Positions 1 to 10,852 of a stretch of 64,000 nucleotides of DNA are shown here, piece after piece. Source of the stretch: an uncultured delta proteobacterium (GTDB taxonomy: Bacteria > Myxococcota > Myxococcia > Myxococcales > 40CM-4-68-19). The notes under the pieces were generated by a model that saw only the letters and a program-made list of their open reading frames with translations, was not told where the DNA came from and made no database searches. The DNA is taken from NCBI GenBank assembly GCA_903911145.1, contig CAIWCD010000002.1, forward strand, positions 62,001 through 126,000, in the 5' to 3' direction. Each line of letters begins with the position of its first letter. Within the stretch, counting starts at the first letter, position 1. The position numbers were made by a program, and so were the translations under genes.

Positions 1-8
1 AGTTTGGC

Positions 9-3000
9 GTGACGCTCAACCAGCCGCTCGCCGATCCTGCGCACGCCTTCTTCTTCACCACCGAGAGCGGCGCGCACATCGACGCGAAGATTGTCCGCTC
101 GGCCAATCTCGAGGAGGAACAGCGCGCGAAGGAAGCAGCGGAGACCGACCCCGCCAAGCGACGGCATGTCGAACGCGCGTCGACGGATGCGCTCAAGTTC
201 AAGAACCAGCAGACCCGATACGAGATCCAGCCGGCCTCGGCGCTGCCTGCGGGCAAGCCGTTCTCGCTGGCTCTCGATGTTGCGGCACACGCGAGCCAGG
301 GCCCGCTGCTCGCAAACGAGGGATGGGAAGGCAAGTTCTCCACCTACGGCGCGATGACCGTCACGCAGATCACGCGCTGCTGGGAAGGAGCGGAGCACTG
401 CTCGCACGGCCCGATCTGGATCCACGTCACCAACCCGCTCGGCAAGGTCTCCGAGTTGCGCTCGCGACTCCACATCGAACCAGCGGTCACGCTCGACTGG
501 GATGACCAGGACGAGGATCTTGGCGCGGAGCTCAGCGCGCAGCGAACGCAGGTGCGCATCCCGGCGAGGTGGAAGCCTGGGACGACCTACAAGATCTCAG
601 TCGATGCCGGAGTCGTGGATCGATTCGGGCAGAAGGCGCCAGCGTTCCTGGGCGACATCTCTCTCGACGATCTCGAACCCTCGATGTTCATCGGACGAGA
701 CGTCGGACTGCTCGAGGCCTCTGGCGACGGCCAACTTCCTGCGCAGACCACCAATGTCGCGGCACTCAACGCCGACATCTGGCAACTGACTCCGGCGGAG
801 TGGCTCGCATTGCGCACTTGCGGTGGCCCTGCCTGCAAATGGCCCGCGCGCAAGCCTGATGCATCGCCGCAAACGGCGCTGACCGATCCGAAGAATGAAC
901 CGCACCTCCACGGAATCGATCTTCGCGCGGCGTTCAAGGACGGACAGAAGACGGGGCTCGCGCTGGTGCGCGCATGGTCGCCCGGAACGGAATCAGAGAA
1001 GGAACCCAATCGCGTGCTGGTGCAGATCACGGATGTGATCGCGCACGCGAAGGTCGGCCTGACGAGCGGCGTGGTCTGGGTAACGTCAGCGCAGACAGGA
1101 ATGCCGCGGCCGGGCGCGCAGGTGGTGGTGATTGGGCGCAACGGCGGGATCGTCGCGCAGGCCACAGCCGATCAGGACGGCCTCGCTTCGCTGCCACCGC
1201 TCGCGCAGCTCGATCCTCGGCCGGTCGACAAGCAGTGGGAGCAGCCGAGCATCCTCATTGCGGCGACGGACCAGGGCGATACGGGCGTCGTGACCACCGT
1301 CTGGAGCGACATCTCGCACGACGTCGAGAGCGCGGCCTTCGATGGCCTCTCTCCGTCGCCGGTGGGCGTTGTCTTCACGGACCGGGGGATCTATCGGCCC
1401 GGAGACACGGTGCACATCAAGGGTGTCCTGCGCAGGCGCGCGAACGCGTCTGCGACGGGACTGGCCACGCCCGCGGGCGCGACCGTCAACGTCGAAATGC
1501 GCGACCCCGATGGAAAGTCGATCCTGAAGAAGACGGTGAAGCTCAACAGATACGGAACCTTCTCATTCGACGCCGCGGTCCCGACCGAGGGTCGCCTCGG
1601 TAGCTACGACGTGGTCGCGGTGCAGCCGGGTGCGTCTGGCGGAGGAAGCTGGGTGGGCTCGTTCAACGTCGCCGAGTACCGAGCGCCCACATTCCGCGTC
1701 GATCTGCTCGCAGGCAAGAGCGCGATCCTCGCCGGCGATCCGCTCGGCGTGAGCATCTCCGCGCGCTACCTGTTTGGCGGCGCGATGAAGGGTGCGAAGG
1801 CCACCTGGAGCATCATGCGCACCAGCTCGGACTTCTCACCGCCGCGCTGCGAGGGCTTCTCGTTCGGCCGCCAGACCTGGGGCTACGATGAGAGCACGCC
1901 CGCGGGAGACAACGGCCTCTTCGCTTCGGGCGACGGAATCATCGACGGACAGGGCAACCTCTCCATCGAGGCAGGCAAGGCCGACGCGCCCGGGGATCGC
2001 CCGGCGAACTACACGATCGAAGCCGAAGTGCAGGACGTCTCGCGCCAGACCGTCGCTGGCCGCACCTCCGTGCTGTTGCACCCTGCAAAATTCTACGTGG
2101 GCATCGCCAGCCGAAGCCTCTTCAGCAAGGCCGGCGAGCCGATGTCGATCGGCGTGATCGCCGCTCAACCAGACGGGGCACGGCTTTCCGGCGTTCCCGT
2201 GCACGTTACTGCCCTGCTGCGTGCGTGGCACTCGGTGCGCAAGAAGGGCGTGGGCGGCGTCTACGAAAACATCTCCGAAGTCGTTGATGAGCCTGCGGGC
2301 AACTGCGACGTCAAGACCGGCGAGGCGAGCGCCCAGGCATCGAGTTGCTCCCTCACCTTGGCAAAGGCCGGCTTCTACACGCTGCGTGCCGAGGCAAAAG
2401 ATGATCAAGGCCACCTCGCGCTCTCGAGCGTCGGAGCCTACGCGCTCGGCGCGGATTTCGCGGCCTGGGCGCGCGGCGATTCGCCGAAGGTCGAACTCGT
2501 CGCGGACAAGAGCGAGTACGCGGTCGGGGACATCGCGCACGTGCTCATCAAGTCGCCCTACGCGGAGTGCAACGCGCTCATCTCGACCGAACGCGAAGGC
2601 GTGATCGATCGGCGCATGCAGAAGCTGGTCGGCACAGCGACGAGCATCGACGTCCCGATCACAGAGGCGATGGTGCCCAACGTCTTCGTCGGCGTGGTGC
2701 TGCAGCGCAAGCGCGTTGAGCAAGGAGGCATCGAGCCGGGCGATGATCCTGGCCGTCCAGCGGTGAAGGCTGGAACACTCGAACTGTCGGTGGGCCGCGC
2801 GATCAAGCGACTGGCGGTCGAGATCAAGGTGCCGAAGGAGGAGTGGAGGCCTCGGCAGACGGTGCCGATCGATCTCTTGGTCAAGGACTCCTCGGGCCAG
2901 CCGCGCAAGGCCGAGATCACCGTCTATGCGGTCGACGAGGGCGTGCTGCGACTGACCGACTATCACGTGCCCGATCCGCTCAACGAGATGTTCCCGCGCC

Positions 3001-5456
3001 ACACCCTCGGCGTCGCGCTCGGCGAGCCGTTGCTCGCGCTGGTGCGCCGCCAGAAGTTCAACGAGAAGGGCGAGATTCAGCCTGGCGGTGGCGGCGGCCG
3101 TGGCCCGAACGGGAACACGCGGAACAAGTTCGTGACCACGGCGCTCTGGACGACCGTGGAGACCGATGCGCAGGGACACGCGCAGGCAACTCTTGAGCTG
3201 CCTGACAACCTGACGACGTTCCGCATCCTCGCAGTTGCGCTCACGGATGCCGATCGCTTCGGCTCCGCCGAGAGCCACGTGCGCGTCTCCCTGCCGCTGC
3301 TGGTGCTGCCGGCGCTGCCTCGCTTCGCGCGCAGCGGCGATGCGTTCGAGGCCGGCGTGGTGGTCAACGCGAAGGGTCTGGGCGCGCCAGCGAGTGAAGT
3401 GAAGGTCTCGGCGGACCTGTCGGGTGCCGTCGCGCTCGCCAAGGATCAGCCTGCCGAACAGACCGTGACCATCGAGGAAGGCGTTGCGCGCGAAGTCCGG
3501 TTCAAGCTCGTCGCCACCGGAAACGGGTTGGCGAAGCTCACGTTCCACGCGTCTGCCGCAGGCGCGCCCGGCGCGGGCGGACCGTTCAGCGACGGCGTCG
3601 AGCAGCAGATCCCGGTGCAGCTGCCGACCGATCTCGAGGCAGTCGCGGTGTACGGCGAAACGGCGCAGAAGAGCGTCGAGGGTCTGCTCTCGCCCGAGGG
3701 TGTCCGCCCCGGTGCCGGTGGACTGAAGCTCACGCTCAGCTCAAGCGCACTCGGAGGCCTCGCGGATGGGATGCAGCAGCTCGTTCAATATCCCTACGGC
3801 TGTGTCGAGCAGCTCTCCTCGAAGCTGATTCCGTTCATCGCGGTTCGTGAAGTGTCGCGCGTCTTCGGCGTCGATCCGGGCCAGAACGTCAGCTCCTCGC
3901 AGGCGGCCGACGCGATGAACCGGATGATGAGCTGGATCACCGAGCGCGACGATGCACCGACGGCAAGCGATCCCGACAAGGTTGTCGTCGAGACGATCCA
4001 CAAGATCCAGGATCTGCAGCTCCCATCCGGTGGCTTCCGCTACTGGCCATCGGAGACCTGTGCGTCGGCCTGGCCGTCGATCTACGCAACGCTCGCGCTC
4101 AGCCGCGCCAAGCAGTCCGGCTACGCGGTCGACGCGGCGGTACTGACGAACGCGAAGAAGTTCCTCGCGCAGAAGGCGGCCGGGACGGCGTCGTGCCCTT
4201 ACGAGCTGGTCGGGCCGGAGACGCGTGCGTTCGCGCTTCAGGTGCTCGCGCGAATGGGCGCACCGCTGCCCGCCTATTACGACGAGCTCTACGCGGAGAA
4301 GGACAAGCTGCCCCTCTTCGGCAAGGCGCTGCTCGCGGACGCGATCGCCGTTGGCAAGGGCAAGCGACCGCGGGCCGAGGCGCTGCTGCAGGACATCCTC
4401 GATCACGCGCAAGAGACACCGGGCGAAGTTCATTTCGCGGAGACCGATGCAAACAGCTACGCCCCGCTTTTCTCGAGCGACGTGCGCACCACCGGGATGG
4501 CGCTGCAGACGCTCGTCGATCTGCAGCCAGGCCATCCGTTCATCAGCAAGATCGCCCGCTACTTCGCCTCGGTGCGGCGCGGGACAGGCAGCTTCCGAAA
4601 CACGCAGGAAGCGGCCTACGCGCTGATGGGCCTCACTGAAGTCGTGCGCGTGCGCGAGCGGACCCCGCCAGACTTCACCGCGAAAGTCTCTCTCGCGGGC
4701 AAGGAGCTGGTGTCGCAACAGTTCAAGGGCCGCTCCCTCGAATTGGTGACCCGGAACGTGCCGATCGACGAGGTGATCGCGGCAGCGAAACAAGGAGGCA
4801 AGACGGGCGCACCGTTCATCTTCACTGTCGACGGGCAGGGTCTGCTCCAGTACAGCGCGCTGCTTCGGTACGCCCCCGCAGCGATGCCGATGAAGCCACG
4901 CGACGAGGGGATGTTCGTGCAGCGCTGGATTGAGCCGTACGACTCCGATGGCAAGGCGGCGACCGAGTTCCAGGCTGGAGAGCTGGTGCGCGTGCGCGTG
5001 CGCGTGGCAACGCGAATGGAGCGCCACTACGTCGCTGTCGACGTGCCTCTCCCGGCCGGTCTCGAGGCGGTCGACCTGCAGCTCGCCACCAGCGCGCACC
5101 AGCCGACCGCGCAGCACCAGGAGCGCAACGAGGGCGAAGGCGAAGAGGGCTTCGACGACAACGGAACCGACGGCCAGGCGGGTGGTGACTCGGGTGGCGC
5201 TGATGACTTCGACGCGACGGGCTGGTTCTACAGTCCGTTCGTCTGGAGCGAGAAGCGCGACGACCGCGCCGTCTACTTCGCCGACGTTCTGCCTGCGGGC
5301 GTCCACGTCCAGTCGTTTGTGGCGCGCGCGACCACACCAGGAAAGTTCCTCCTCAAGCCGGCCAAGGCGGAAGAGATGTACACGCCGGAGGTGTTCGGTC
5401 GCAGCGAGGGCGGAACGATCACGATCGTGGCGCAGAAGCCGCTCGCACAGAAGTAA
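9..5456 (+). CDS. yfhM: Bacterial alpha-2-macroglobulin (5' end probably truncated by the window edge)
   Basis: MG2 motif FTDRGIYRPGDTVH, LPDNLTTFR, intact thioester motif YPYGCVEQ, C-terminal AEEMYTPEVFGRS; pbpC follows; frame is open back to the window start. Confidence 0.95.
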   Translation: MTLNQPLADPAHAFFFTTESGAHIDAKIVRSANLEEEQRAKEAAETDPAKRRHVERASTDALKFKNQQTRYEIQPASALPAGKPFSLALDVAAHASQGPLLANEGWEGKFSTYGAMTVTQITRCWEGAEHCSHGPIWIHVTNPLGKVSELRSRLHIEPAVTLDWDDQDEDLGAELSAQRTQVRIPARWKPGTTYKISVDAGVVDRFGQKAPAFLGDISLDDLEPSMFIGRDVGLLEASGDGQLPAQTTNVAALNADIWQLTPAEWLALRTCGGPACKWPARKPDASPQTALTDPKNEPHLHGIDLRAAFKDGQKTGLALVRAWSPGTESEKEPNRVLVQITDVIAHAKVGLTSGVVWVTSAQTGMPRPGAQVVVIGRNGGIVAQATADQDGLASLPPLAQLDPRPVDKQWEQPSILIAATDQGDTGVVTTVWSDISHDVESAAFDGLSPSPVGVVFTDRGIYRPGDTVHIKGVLRRRANASATGLATPAGATVNVEMRDPDGKSILKKTVKLNRYGTFSFDAAVPTEGRLGSYDVVAVQPGASGGGSWVGSFNVAEYRAPTFRVDLLAGKSAILAGDPLGVSISARYLFGGAMKGAKATWSIMRTSSDFSPPRCEGFSFGRQTWGYDESTPAGDNGLFASGDGIIDGQGNLSIEAGKADAPGDRPANYTIEAEVQDVSRQTVAGRTSVLLHPAKFYVGIASRSLFSKAGEPMSIGVIAAQPDGARLSGVPVHVTALLRAWHSVRKKGVGGVYENISEVVDEPAGNCDVKTGEASAQASSCSLTLAKAGFYTLRAEAKDDQGHLALSSVGAYALGADFAAWARGDSPKVELVADKSEYAVGDIAHVLIKSPYAECNALISTEREGVIDRRMQKLVGTATSIDVPITEAMVPNVFVGVVLQRKRVEQGGIEPGDDPGRPAVKAGTLELSVGRAIKRLAVEIKVPKEEWRPRQTVPIDLLVKDSSGQPRKAEITVYAVDEGVLRLTDYHVPDPLNEMFPRHTLGVALGEPLLALVRRQKFNEKGEIQPGGGGGRGPNGNTRNKFVTTALWTTVETDAQGHAQATLELPDNLTTFRILAVALTDADRFGSAESHVRVSLPLLVLPALPRFARSGDAFEAGVVVNAKGLGAPASEVKVSADLSGAVALAKDQPAEQTVTIEEGVAREVRFKLVATGNGLAKLTFHASAAGAPGAGGPFSDGVEQQIPVQLPTDLEAVAVYGETAQKSVEGLLSPEGVRPGAGGLKLTLSSSALGGLADGMQQLVQYPYGCVEQLSSKLIPFIAVREVSRVFGVDPGQNVSSSQAADAMNRMMSWITERDDAPTASDPDKVVVETIHKIQDLQLPSGGFRYWPSETCASAWPSIYATLALSRAKQSGYAVDAAVLTNAKKFLAQKAAGTASCPYELVGPETRAFALQVLARMGAPLPAYYDELYAEKDKLPLFGKALLADAIAVGKGKRPRAEALLQDILDHAQETPGEVHFAETDANSYAPLFSSDVRTTGMALQTLVDLQPGHPFISKIARYFASVRRGTGSFRNTQEAAYALMGLTEVVRVRERTPPDFTAKVSLAGKELVSQQFKGRSLELVTRNVPIDEVIAAAKQGGKTGAPFIFTVDGQGLLQYSALLRYAPAAMPMKPRDEGMFVQRWIEPYDSDGKAATEFQAGELVRVRVRVATRMERHYVAVDVPLPAGLEAVDLQLATSAHQPTAQHQERNEGEGEEGFDDNGTDGQAGGDSGGADDFDATGWFYSPFVWSEKRDDRAVYFADVLPAGVHVQSFVARATTPGKFLLKPAKAEEMYTPEVFGRSEGGTITIVAQKPLAQK

Positions 5457-5467
5457 TCGAGGCAGCC

Positions 5468-7813
5468 GTGGAGCCGATGAGCGCTGACGGATCGGCTCCA
5501 CGCAGCGGCCCGCGCGGTACAATCCGCGTTCGAGCGATCACGCGAAAAGCCTTGCTGGGTGCGGCTCTGCTCGCGTTCGGTCTGATGCTCGCGATCCCTC
5601 TCTCGCGCGAGCGGCTGGAGCTCGCCCGCGCCACCTCGTTGCGAATCGAAGCGCGCGACGGGACGCTCTTGCGCGAGTTGGTGGCGCGAGAGGGAGAAGG
5701 GCACGCGGCTCCTGCCCGCCTCGACGAACTACCCGCACACGTCTGGCAAGCGTTCATCGCGGCCGAGGATGGACGCTTCTTTTCTCATCCGGGGATCGAC
5801 CCGCTGGCGATCGCGCGAGCAGCGAGCGTCGACCTGCGGCGACGGCGATTCGCGCAAGGTGGCTCGGGCATCGCGCAGCAACTTTCGCGAATGCTCGAGC
5901 CACGGCCACGCACACTCGTCGGCAAGGCGGGCGAGGCTCTCTTCGCGCTCAGGCTCGTGCGCACTCTCGGGCGGAGAGAGGTTCTCGAGCAGTACCTCTC
6001 GCGCGTCCCGCTCGGAAACGACGTGCGCGGCGTCGAGGCGGCGGCGCGCCTCTACTTCGACAAGCCCGCGCGCGCCCTCACTGCGCGGCAGGCCGCTCTG
6101 CTCGCGGCGATCCCGCGCGGACCGACAGCCTTCGATCCACTCCGGCATCTCGCAAAAGCAGAGGAGGCCGCGGCTCGCGTCCTCGCCGCGATGCAGACGC
6201 GGGGGTTTCTCACATCGGCCGAGTCCACAGCGGCGCGCGAGGCTCCGCTCGATCTGGCGGCCGAGCGCTTCGAGGCCGCCTTCGAGGCGCCTCATTTCGT
6301 CGAGGCAGTCGCGCGCCACCACGCGCCAGCAGAGGCCGTCGCGATCCGCACGACGCTCGACATCGAGCTCCAGCGAAAGCTCGAGATCGCTGCGCGAGAG
6401 GAGATCGGTGCACTCGAGGAAAAGCGCGCGACGGCCGCAGCGGTGATCATCATCGACAACCTGAGCGGCGAGGTGCTCGCGTACGTCGGCTCGCCTGATT
6501 GGTTCGATGAGGATGCGCAAGGCCGCATGGATGGCGTGCGCACGCATCGGCAGCCGGGCTCGTCGCTCAAGCCGTTCGCCTACGGCGCCGCGATTGATCG
6601 AGGCCTGATGACTGCAGCGACGCTCCTGCCCGACGTCGAAAGCCACTTTTCGACACCGGGCGGCGACTACGTGCCGAAGAACTACGACCGGCGCGCCCAT
6701 GGACCTGTGCGCGCACGCGTCGCGCTGGCCTCGTCGTACAACGTGCCGGCCGTGCGCGTGGCGGAGAAACTTGGCGCGCCGGAGCTGCTCACGGTGCTGC
6801 ACTCCGCCGGATTCGATTCGCTGACGCTCGATGCCGACCACTACGGACTCGGTCTCGTGCTCGGCGACGGCGAGGTCTCGCTCGAAGAGCTCGCGCGAGC
6901 TTATGCGGGGCTTGCGCGCGGAGGTGTCGCAATCCCTGAACTGACATATCTGCGGACGGCGCTGGGCGCGGACGGGAGCACGCTTCCTCTCCCAGCGCAG
7001 ATTCCGGGAAAGCGCTTCCTGCGCAAAGAGGCCGCCGCCATCATCGCCGACATCCTCTCTGACGCAGGCGCCCGCGCACCGTCGTTCGGCCTCGACAACG
7101 CGCTGCGCTTTCCCTTTCCCGTCGCCGCCAAGACCGGCACCTCGCGCGCCTTCACCGACAACTGGACGGCCGGCTTCACGCGCGAGCGCACCGTCGCGGT
7201 CTGGGTGGGAAACATGAGCGGCGCGACCATGCATCACGTCAGCGGCATCACGGGCGCCGGTCCTCTCTTCCAGCGCGCGATGACTCTGGCGATGGAGGGC
7301 GTCGCGAATCCACAGCCGCTGGCACGGGGAGTTGCTCTCGAGGAGAGGACCATCTGCGCACTCTCGGGCGAGCTCGCGGGCCCGCACTGCGCGTCGACTG
7401 CGCAGGAGAAGTTCATTCCCGGAAGCGTGCCGAAGCGGCTCTGCGCGATGCACACGGAGGCTGGCGTCGATCTCGGCGCGCACTACTACGACTGGGCTGC
7501 GCACGAGGGGATCGCGACGCTCTCGACCTCCGAGACGGGCGGCACGCGCGCGGCTCTCGCGTTCCCGTCCGACGGCGACGAGTTCCTCCGCGATCGCGAT
7601 CTCCCCGACGAAGATCAGACGATCCCCGTGCGCGCACTCGCGCCCCGAGGAGGCGGGATGCTCGAATTGCAGCTCGACGACGGCCCGCGCACGCTTCTCG
7701 CCGCGCCGTACTCGACGCGGATTCCGGCGCAGCACGGGACGCATCGATTGAAGATTTTCCGTCGGGGAACTTCGTCACCAGACGCGCAGACCGACTTCAT
7801 CGTGCGCGGCTGA
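5468..7813 (+). CDS. pbpC: Penicillin-binding protein 1C
   Basis: Transglycosylase motifs EDGRFFSHPGID and GGSGIAQQ; transpeptidase motifs SSLK, SYN, KTG; canonical partner of alpha-2-macroglobulin. Confidence 0.93.
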   Translation: MEPMSADGSAPRSGPRGTIRVRAITRKALLGAALLAFGLMLAIPLSRERLELARATSLRIEARDGTLLRELVAREGEGHAAPARLDELPAHVWQAFIAAEDGRFFSHPGIDPLAIARAASVDLRRRRFAQGGSGIAQQLSRMLEPRPRTLVGKAGEALFALRLVRTLGRREVLEQYLSRVPLGNDVRGVEAAARLYFDKPARALTARQAALLAAIPRGPTAFDPLRHLAKAEEAAARVLAAMQTRGFLTSAESTAAREAPLDLAAERFEAAFEAPHFVEAVARHHAPAEAVAIRTTLDIELQRKLEIAAREEIGALEEKRATAAAVIIIDNLSGEVLAYVGSPDWFDEDAQGRMDGVRTHRQPGSSLKPFAYGAAIDRGLMTAATLLPDVESHFSTPGGDYVPKNYDRRAHGPVRARVALASSYNVPAVRVAEKLGAPELLTVLHSAGFDSLTLDADHYGLGLVLGDGEVSLEELARAYAGLARGGVAIPELTYLRTALGADGSTLPLPAQIPGKRFLRKEAAAIIADILSDAGARAPSFGLDNALRFPFPVAAKTGTSRAFTDNWTAGFTRERTVAVWVGNMSGATMHHVSGITGAGPLFQRAMTLAMEGVANPQPLARGVALEERTICALSGELAGPHCASTAQEKFIPGSVPKRLCAMHTEAGVDLGAHYYDWAAHEGIATLSTSETGGTRAALAFPSDGDEFLRDRDLPDEDQTIPVRALAPRGGGMLELQLDDGPRTLLAAPYSTRIPAQHGTHRLKIFRRGTSSPDAQTDFIVRG

Positions 7814-7838
7814 ACCTGCACAGAAACAGAGACGAGAG

Positions 7839-8153
7839 ATGCTTCACATCAAGGCCACTGCTGTTCGATTTACCGAGGCGGAGGCGTACCCAGGCTGGGT
7901 CGAGTGCCGATTCCTCGACGCCTTCGGGAAGGAGTGGATCTTCGAAGAAAAATGCCCGTACGTCGCTGAGCAGATTTTTCCAGGGGCGCAGTTTCCGCAG
8001 GATGCCGCGATCCCGTGTGAACAGACGGACGAGCACAAAGACGCCGAGGGCCGTTCGCTCGTGACGGTCACAACCCTGCGCCCCATTTGGATCGAGGCGA
8101 TCACTGGCGAGTCGGTCTTCGTCGTCCTGCGCGAGCAGCTGATCGACAGCTGA
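7839..8153 (+). CDS. Hypothetical protein (104 aa)
   Basis: Coding-like composition, GAGAG upstream of ATG, fills the gap between pbpC and rlmH. Confidence 0.7.
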   Translation: MLHIKATAVRFTEAEAYPGWVECRFLDAFGKEWIFEEKCPYVAEQIFPGAQFPQDAAIPCEQTDEHKDAEGRSLVTVTTLRPIWIEAITGESVFVVLREQLIDS

Positions 8154-8187
8154 GTCTCTCCCAGAGCGGTCGCGCGCGATCGCGGGG

Positions 8188-8643
8188 CTACTTGTGGTAC
8201 GGCGCGCCCCGCAAGATCTCGAACGCGCGATAGACCTGCTCGAGCACGACGAGGCGCGCGAGACGATGGGGGAGCGTCAGGCGCGAGAGGCTCCAGGAGA
8301 AGCGCGACGACGCGCGCACCTCGTCAGAGAGCCCTTCGTCGCCGCCGATGCAGAGCGAGAGATTCATCGCGCTGTCACGCAGCCGGCCGATGCGCGCGGC
8401 CAGCTCTTCGCTCGAGAGCTCCTTGCCGCGCAGATCGAGCGACCAGATTTCGACGGCCTCTTTTCCGCGCGAGGCGGCATCGAGGATCGATTTTCCCTCG
8501 CGCGTCGCGGCCTGCGGACCCGTCTCCGCACGCAGTTCCGAGAGTTCGAGCGTGCAATTGCGCTTGAGCCGCTCGGCGTACTCGGCGACCCCCTGCGCGG
8601 TGAAGTCGCGATCGCGGCCCACCGAGACAACTCGCACGCGCAT
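8188..8643 (-). CDS. rlmH: 23S rRNA pseudouridine-1915 N3-methyltransferase RlmH
   Basis: SPOUT motifs IGGDEG, SLSRLTLPHRLARLVVLEQVYRA, GAPYHK. Confidence 0.95.
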   Translation of the reverse strand: MRVRVVSVGRDRDFTAQGVAEYAERLKRNCTLELSELRAETGPQAATREGKSILDAASRGKEAVEIWSLDLRGKELSSEELAARIGRLRDSAMNLSLCIGGDEGLSDEVRASSRFSWSLSRLTLPHRLARLVVLEQVYRAFEILRGAPYHK

Positions 8644-8657
8644 CGTCCGCTCCCTTG

Positions 8658-8690
8658 AAACGCAAAGGGCCGCACTGTGCGCGCGGCCCC
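8658..8690 (-). terminator. Intrinsic terminator-like hairpin between rsfS and rlmH
   Basis: Minus strand GGGCCGC..GCGGCCC followed by TTTGCGTTT. Confidence 0.55.
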
Positions 8691-8726
8691 CTGCAGAATC
8701 TCAAACGTCCCGCGATCGCAGCTCGA

Positions 8727-9455
8727 CTACTTCTTCGCCGCCGGCTTCTTCGCGGCAGGCTTCTTCGCAGCACTCTTTGCGGCGACGCTCTTCGTCGCGG
8801 CCGGCTTCTTCGCGGCGGGTGCCTTGGCGGCCTTCTTCGCAGGAGCCTTCTTCGCCGCCTTCTTCGCCGGCGCCGGGACATCCTCTTCATCGAGCTCGTC
8901 GAGCTCATCCATCTCGTCCGACGAATCTTCAGTCGACGACTGGGCGCTCACCGGAGCTGCGGCCGTGGCCGGCGCGGCCTGAGCAGGCACCGCGGGAGGC
9001 GGCGGAGCAGGATGGACGCGCTTCTGCGGCGCATCGGCCCAGAGACCCTCGAGGTCATAGTGGCCGCGCTCCTCGACGTGAAACACGTGGACGATCAGAT
9101 CGCCGAAGTCGAGCAGCACCCAGCGTCCGCCGCTGTGCCCTTCGCTGCCGACGAGCTTCTGGCCCGCGTCCTTGAGCGTCTTCTCGACCTCGCCGGCGAT
9201 CGCGTCGAGCTGCCGATCACTCTGGCCCGAGACGACGACGAGGAAGTCAGCGTAGCTGCCGCGATCGCGCAGATCGATGATCCGCACGTCCTCGCCCTTC
9301 TTCTCGAGCGCGGCCTGCGCCGCCTTCTCGGCGATCTGCTCGGCCTCGGTGTGCTCGCTGCGGCTCGCCGCGCGAACGGCTGCCCGCGCCGCATCATCGG
9401 GCGTGCGCTGTCTCATGCGGGCGAGCAGGATCTCATCGACTTTCTTCGGGCGCAT
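8727..9455 (-). CDS. rsfS: Ribosome silencing factor RsfS with acidic and Lys/Ala/Pro-rich C-terminal tail
   Basis: ADFLVVVSGQSDRQ, WVLLDFGDLIVHVF, HYDLEGLW; start moved to ATG 9455, which has AAGGA upstream. Confidence 0.9.
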   Translation of the reverse strand: MRPKKVDEILLARMRQRTPDDAARAAVRAASRSEHTEAEQIAEKAAQAALEKKGEDVRIIDLRDRGSYADFLVVVSGQSDRQLDAIAGEVEKTLKDAGQKLVGSEGHSGGRWVLLDFGDLIVHVFHVEERGHYDLEGLWADAPQKRVHPAPPPPAVPAQAAPATAAAPVSAQSSTEDSSDEMDELDELDEEDVPAPAKKAAKKAPAKKAAKAPAAKKPAATKSVAAKSAAKKPAAKKPAAKK

Positions 9456-9484
9456 CTGGTTGTCCTTGCCTGGGCGCGGTTCGA

Positions 9485-10852
9485 CTATCGGCGCGCCTGT
9501 CCGTCGCCTCGTACCACGAAGCGGGTGCAGGTGAGTTCGCGGGCGCCCATCGGGCCGTACGCGTGGAGCTTGCTGGTGCTGATGCCGATCTCCGCGCCGA
9601 GGCCGAGTTCGCCTCCGTCGTTGAAGCGCGTGGACGCGTTGACGACGGCGCAACTGGCGTCAACGCGCCGGACGAATTCCTCTGCGAGCCTGGCGTCGCG
9701 CGTGCAGATCGCCTCGGTGTGCCGGCTGCCGAAGCGCGCGATGTGTTCGAGCGCACCTTCAACTCCGTCGACGATCGAGACGAGCATCTTCAATTCGGAA
9801 AACTCGCAGCCGTAATCGCTCTCGACAGCGCCCAGTGCGGCCTTGCGCTCGCGGCCGGTCGGCACACCCGCGCGCGCCAGAAGCGATTCGAGCTGCGCCG
9901 CTTCGTCGCTCCCGATCGGAGTGGCGAGCGCAGCCTGCACGATCGGCAACGCGCGCGCATCGCACCGCAGCTCGACTCCGGCGACGAACAGTGCCCGCGC
10001 GATCCGCGGCAGTTGCGCATTCATCACCGACGCGTCGACGAGCAGCGCCTCGAGCGCATTGCAGACCGACGGCCGCTGCGCCTTCCCATTCACCGCGAGA
10101 AGCTCAGCGACATTCACGTCGGCATCGGACGCGACGTAGAGGTGGCAGACGCCTTGGTAATGCTTGATCACGGGGATGCGGCTCTTCTCCGCGATCAGCT
10201 TGATCAGCGACGGCCCGCCGCGCGGAATGCAGAGATCGATGCGATCCTCGAGCGAGAGCAGCACGTCGAGCAGCGCGCGATCCGGCTCGATGAGCTGCAC
10301 GGCCGTGCGCGGCAGACCCGCCGCCGAGAGCGCCTCCTGCGCGGCCTCGATGAGCACGGAGTTGGTGCGAAACGCCTCCTTGCCTCCTCGGAGAAGCGCC
10401 GCGTTGCCCGCGCGCAGACAGAGCGCAGCCGCGTCCGCGGTCACGTTCGGACGCGCCTCGTAGATCATCAGGATCGAGCCAAGAGGAGCGCGCACGCGCT
10501 GAATCGAAAGCCCATTGGGACGCGTTCGCGATTCCGTCACTTCGCCGACCGGATCGACCTGCGCCGCCACTTCGCGCAGCGCGCCCACGAGCTGGCCGAT
10601 CCGCTTCGCGTCGAGCGTCAGCCGATCGATCCAGGAAGCGCTCTGGCCCGCACTGCGCGCGGCCGCGACGTCCTCCGCATTGGCCGCGAGCACGCGTGCG
10701 CGAAACGCTGGCGCATCGATCTGGGAGGCCAATTCCTCGATCGCCCGCGTGCGTTGGGCGCTCGTCGCTGCGGCGACCAGACGCGAAGCCTCGCGGGCCG
10801 AGTCGGCCAGCGAGATCGCGCGCGCGTAGGCTGGGTCTGTGTTTGCGCTCAT
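9485..10852 (-). CDS. proA: Gamma-glutamyl phosphate reductase
   Basis: YEARPNVT, SVCNALE, VNASTRFNDGGELGLGAEIGIST. Confidence 0.97.
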   Translation of the reverse strand: MSANTDPAYARAISLADSAREASRLVAAATSAQRTRAIEELASQIDAPAFRARVLAANAEDVAAARSAGQSASWIDRLTLDAKRIGQLVGALREVAAQVDPVGEVTESRTRPNGLSIQRVRAPLGSILMIYEARPNVTADAAALCLRAGNAALLRGGKEAFRTNSVLIEAAQEALSAAGLPRTAVQLIEPDRALLDVLLSLEDRIDLCIPRGGPSLIKLIAEKSRIPVIKHYQGVCHLYVASDADVNVAELLAVNGKAQRPSVCNALEALLVDASVMNAQLPRIARALFVAGVELRCDARALPIVQAALATPIGSDEAAQLESLLARAGVPTGRERKAALGAVESDYGCEFSELKMLVSIVDGVEGALEHIARFGSRHTEAICTRDARLAEEFVRRVDASCAVVNASTRFNDGGELGLGAEIGISTSKLHAYGPMGARELTCTRFVVRGDGQARR

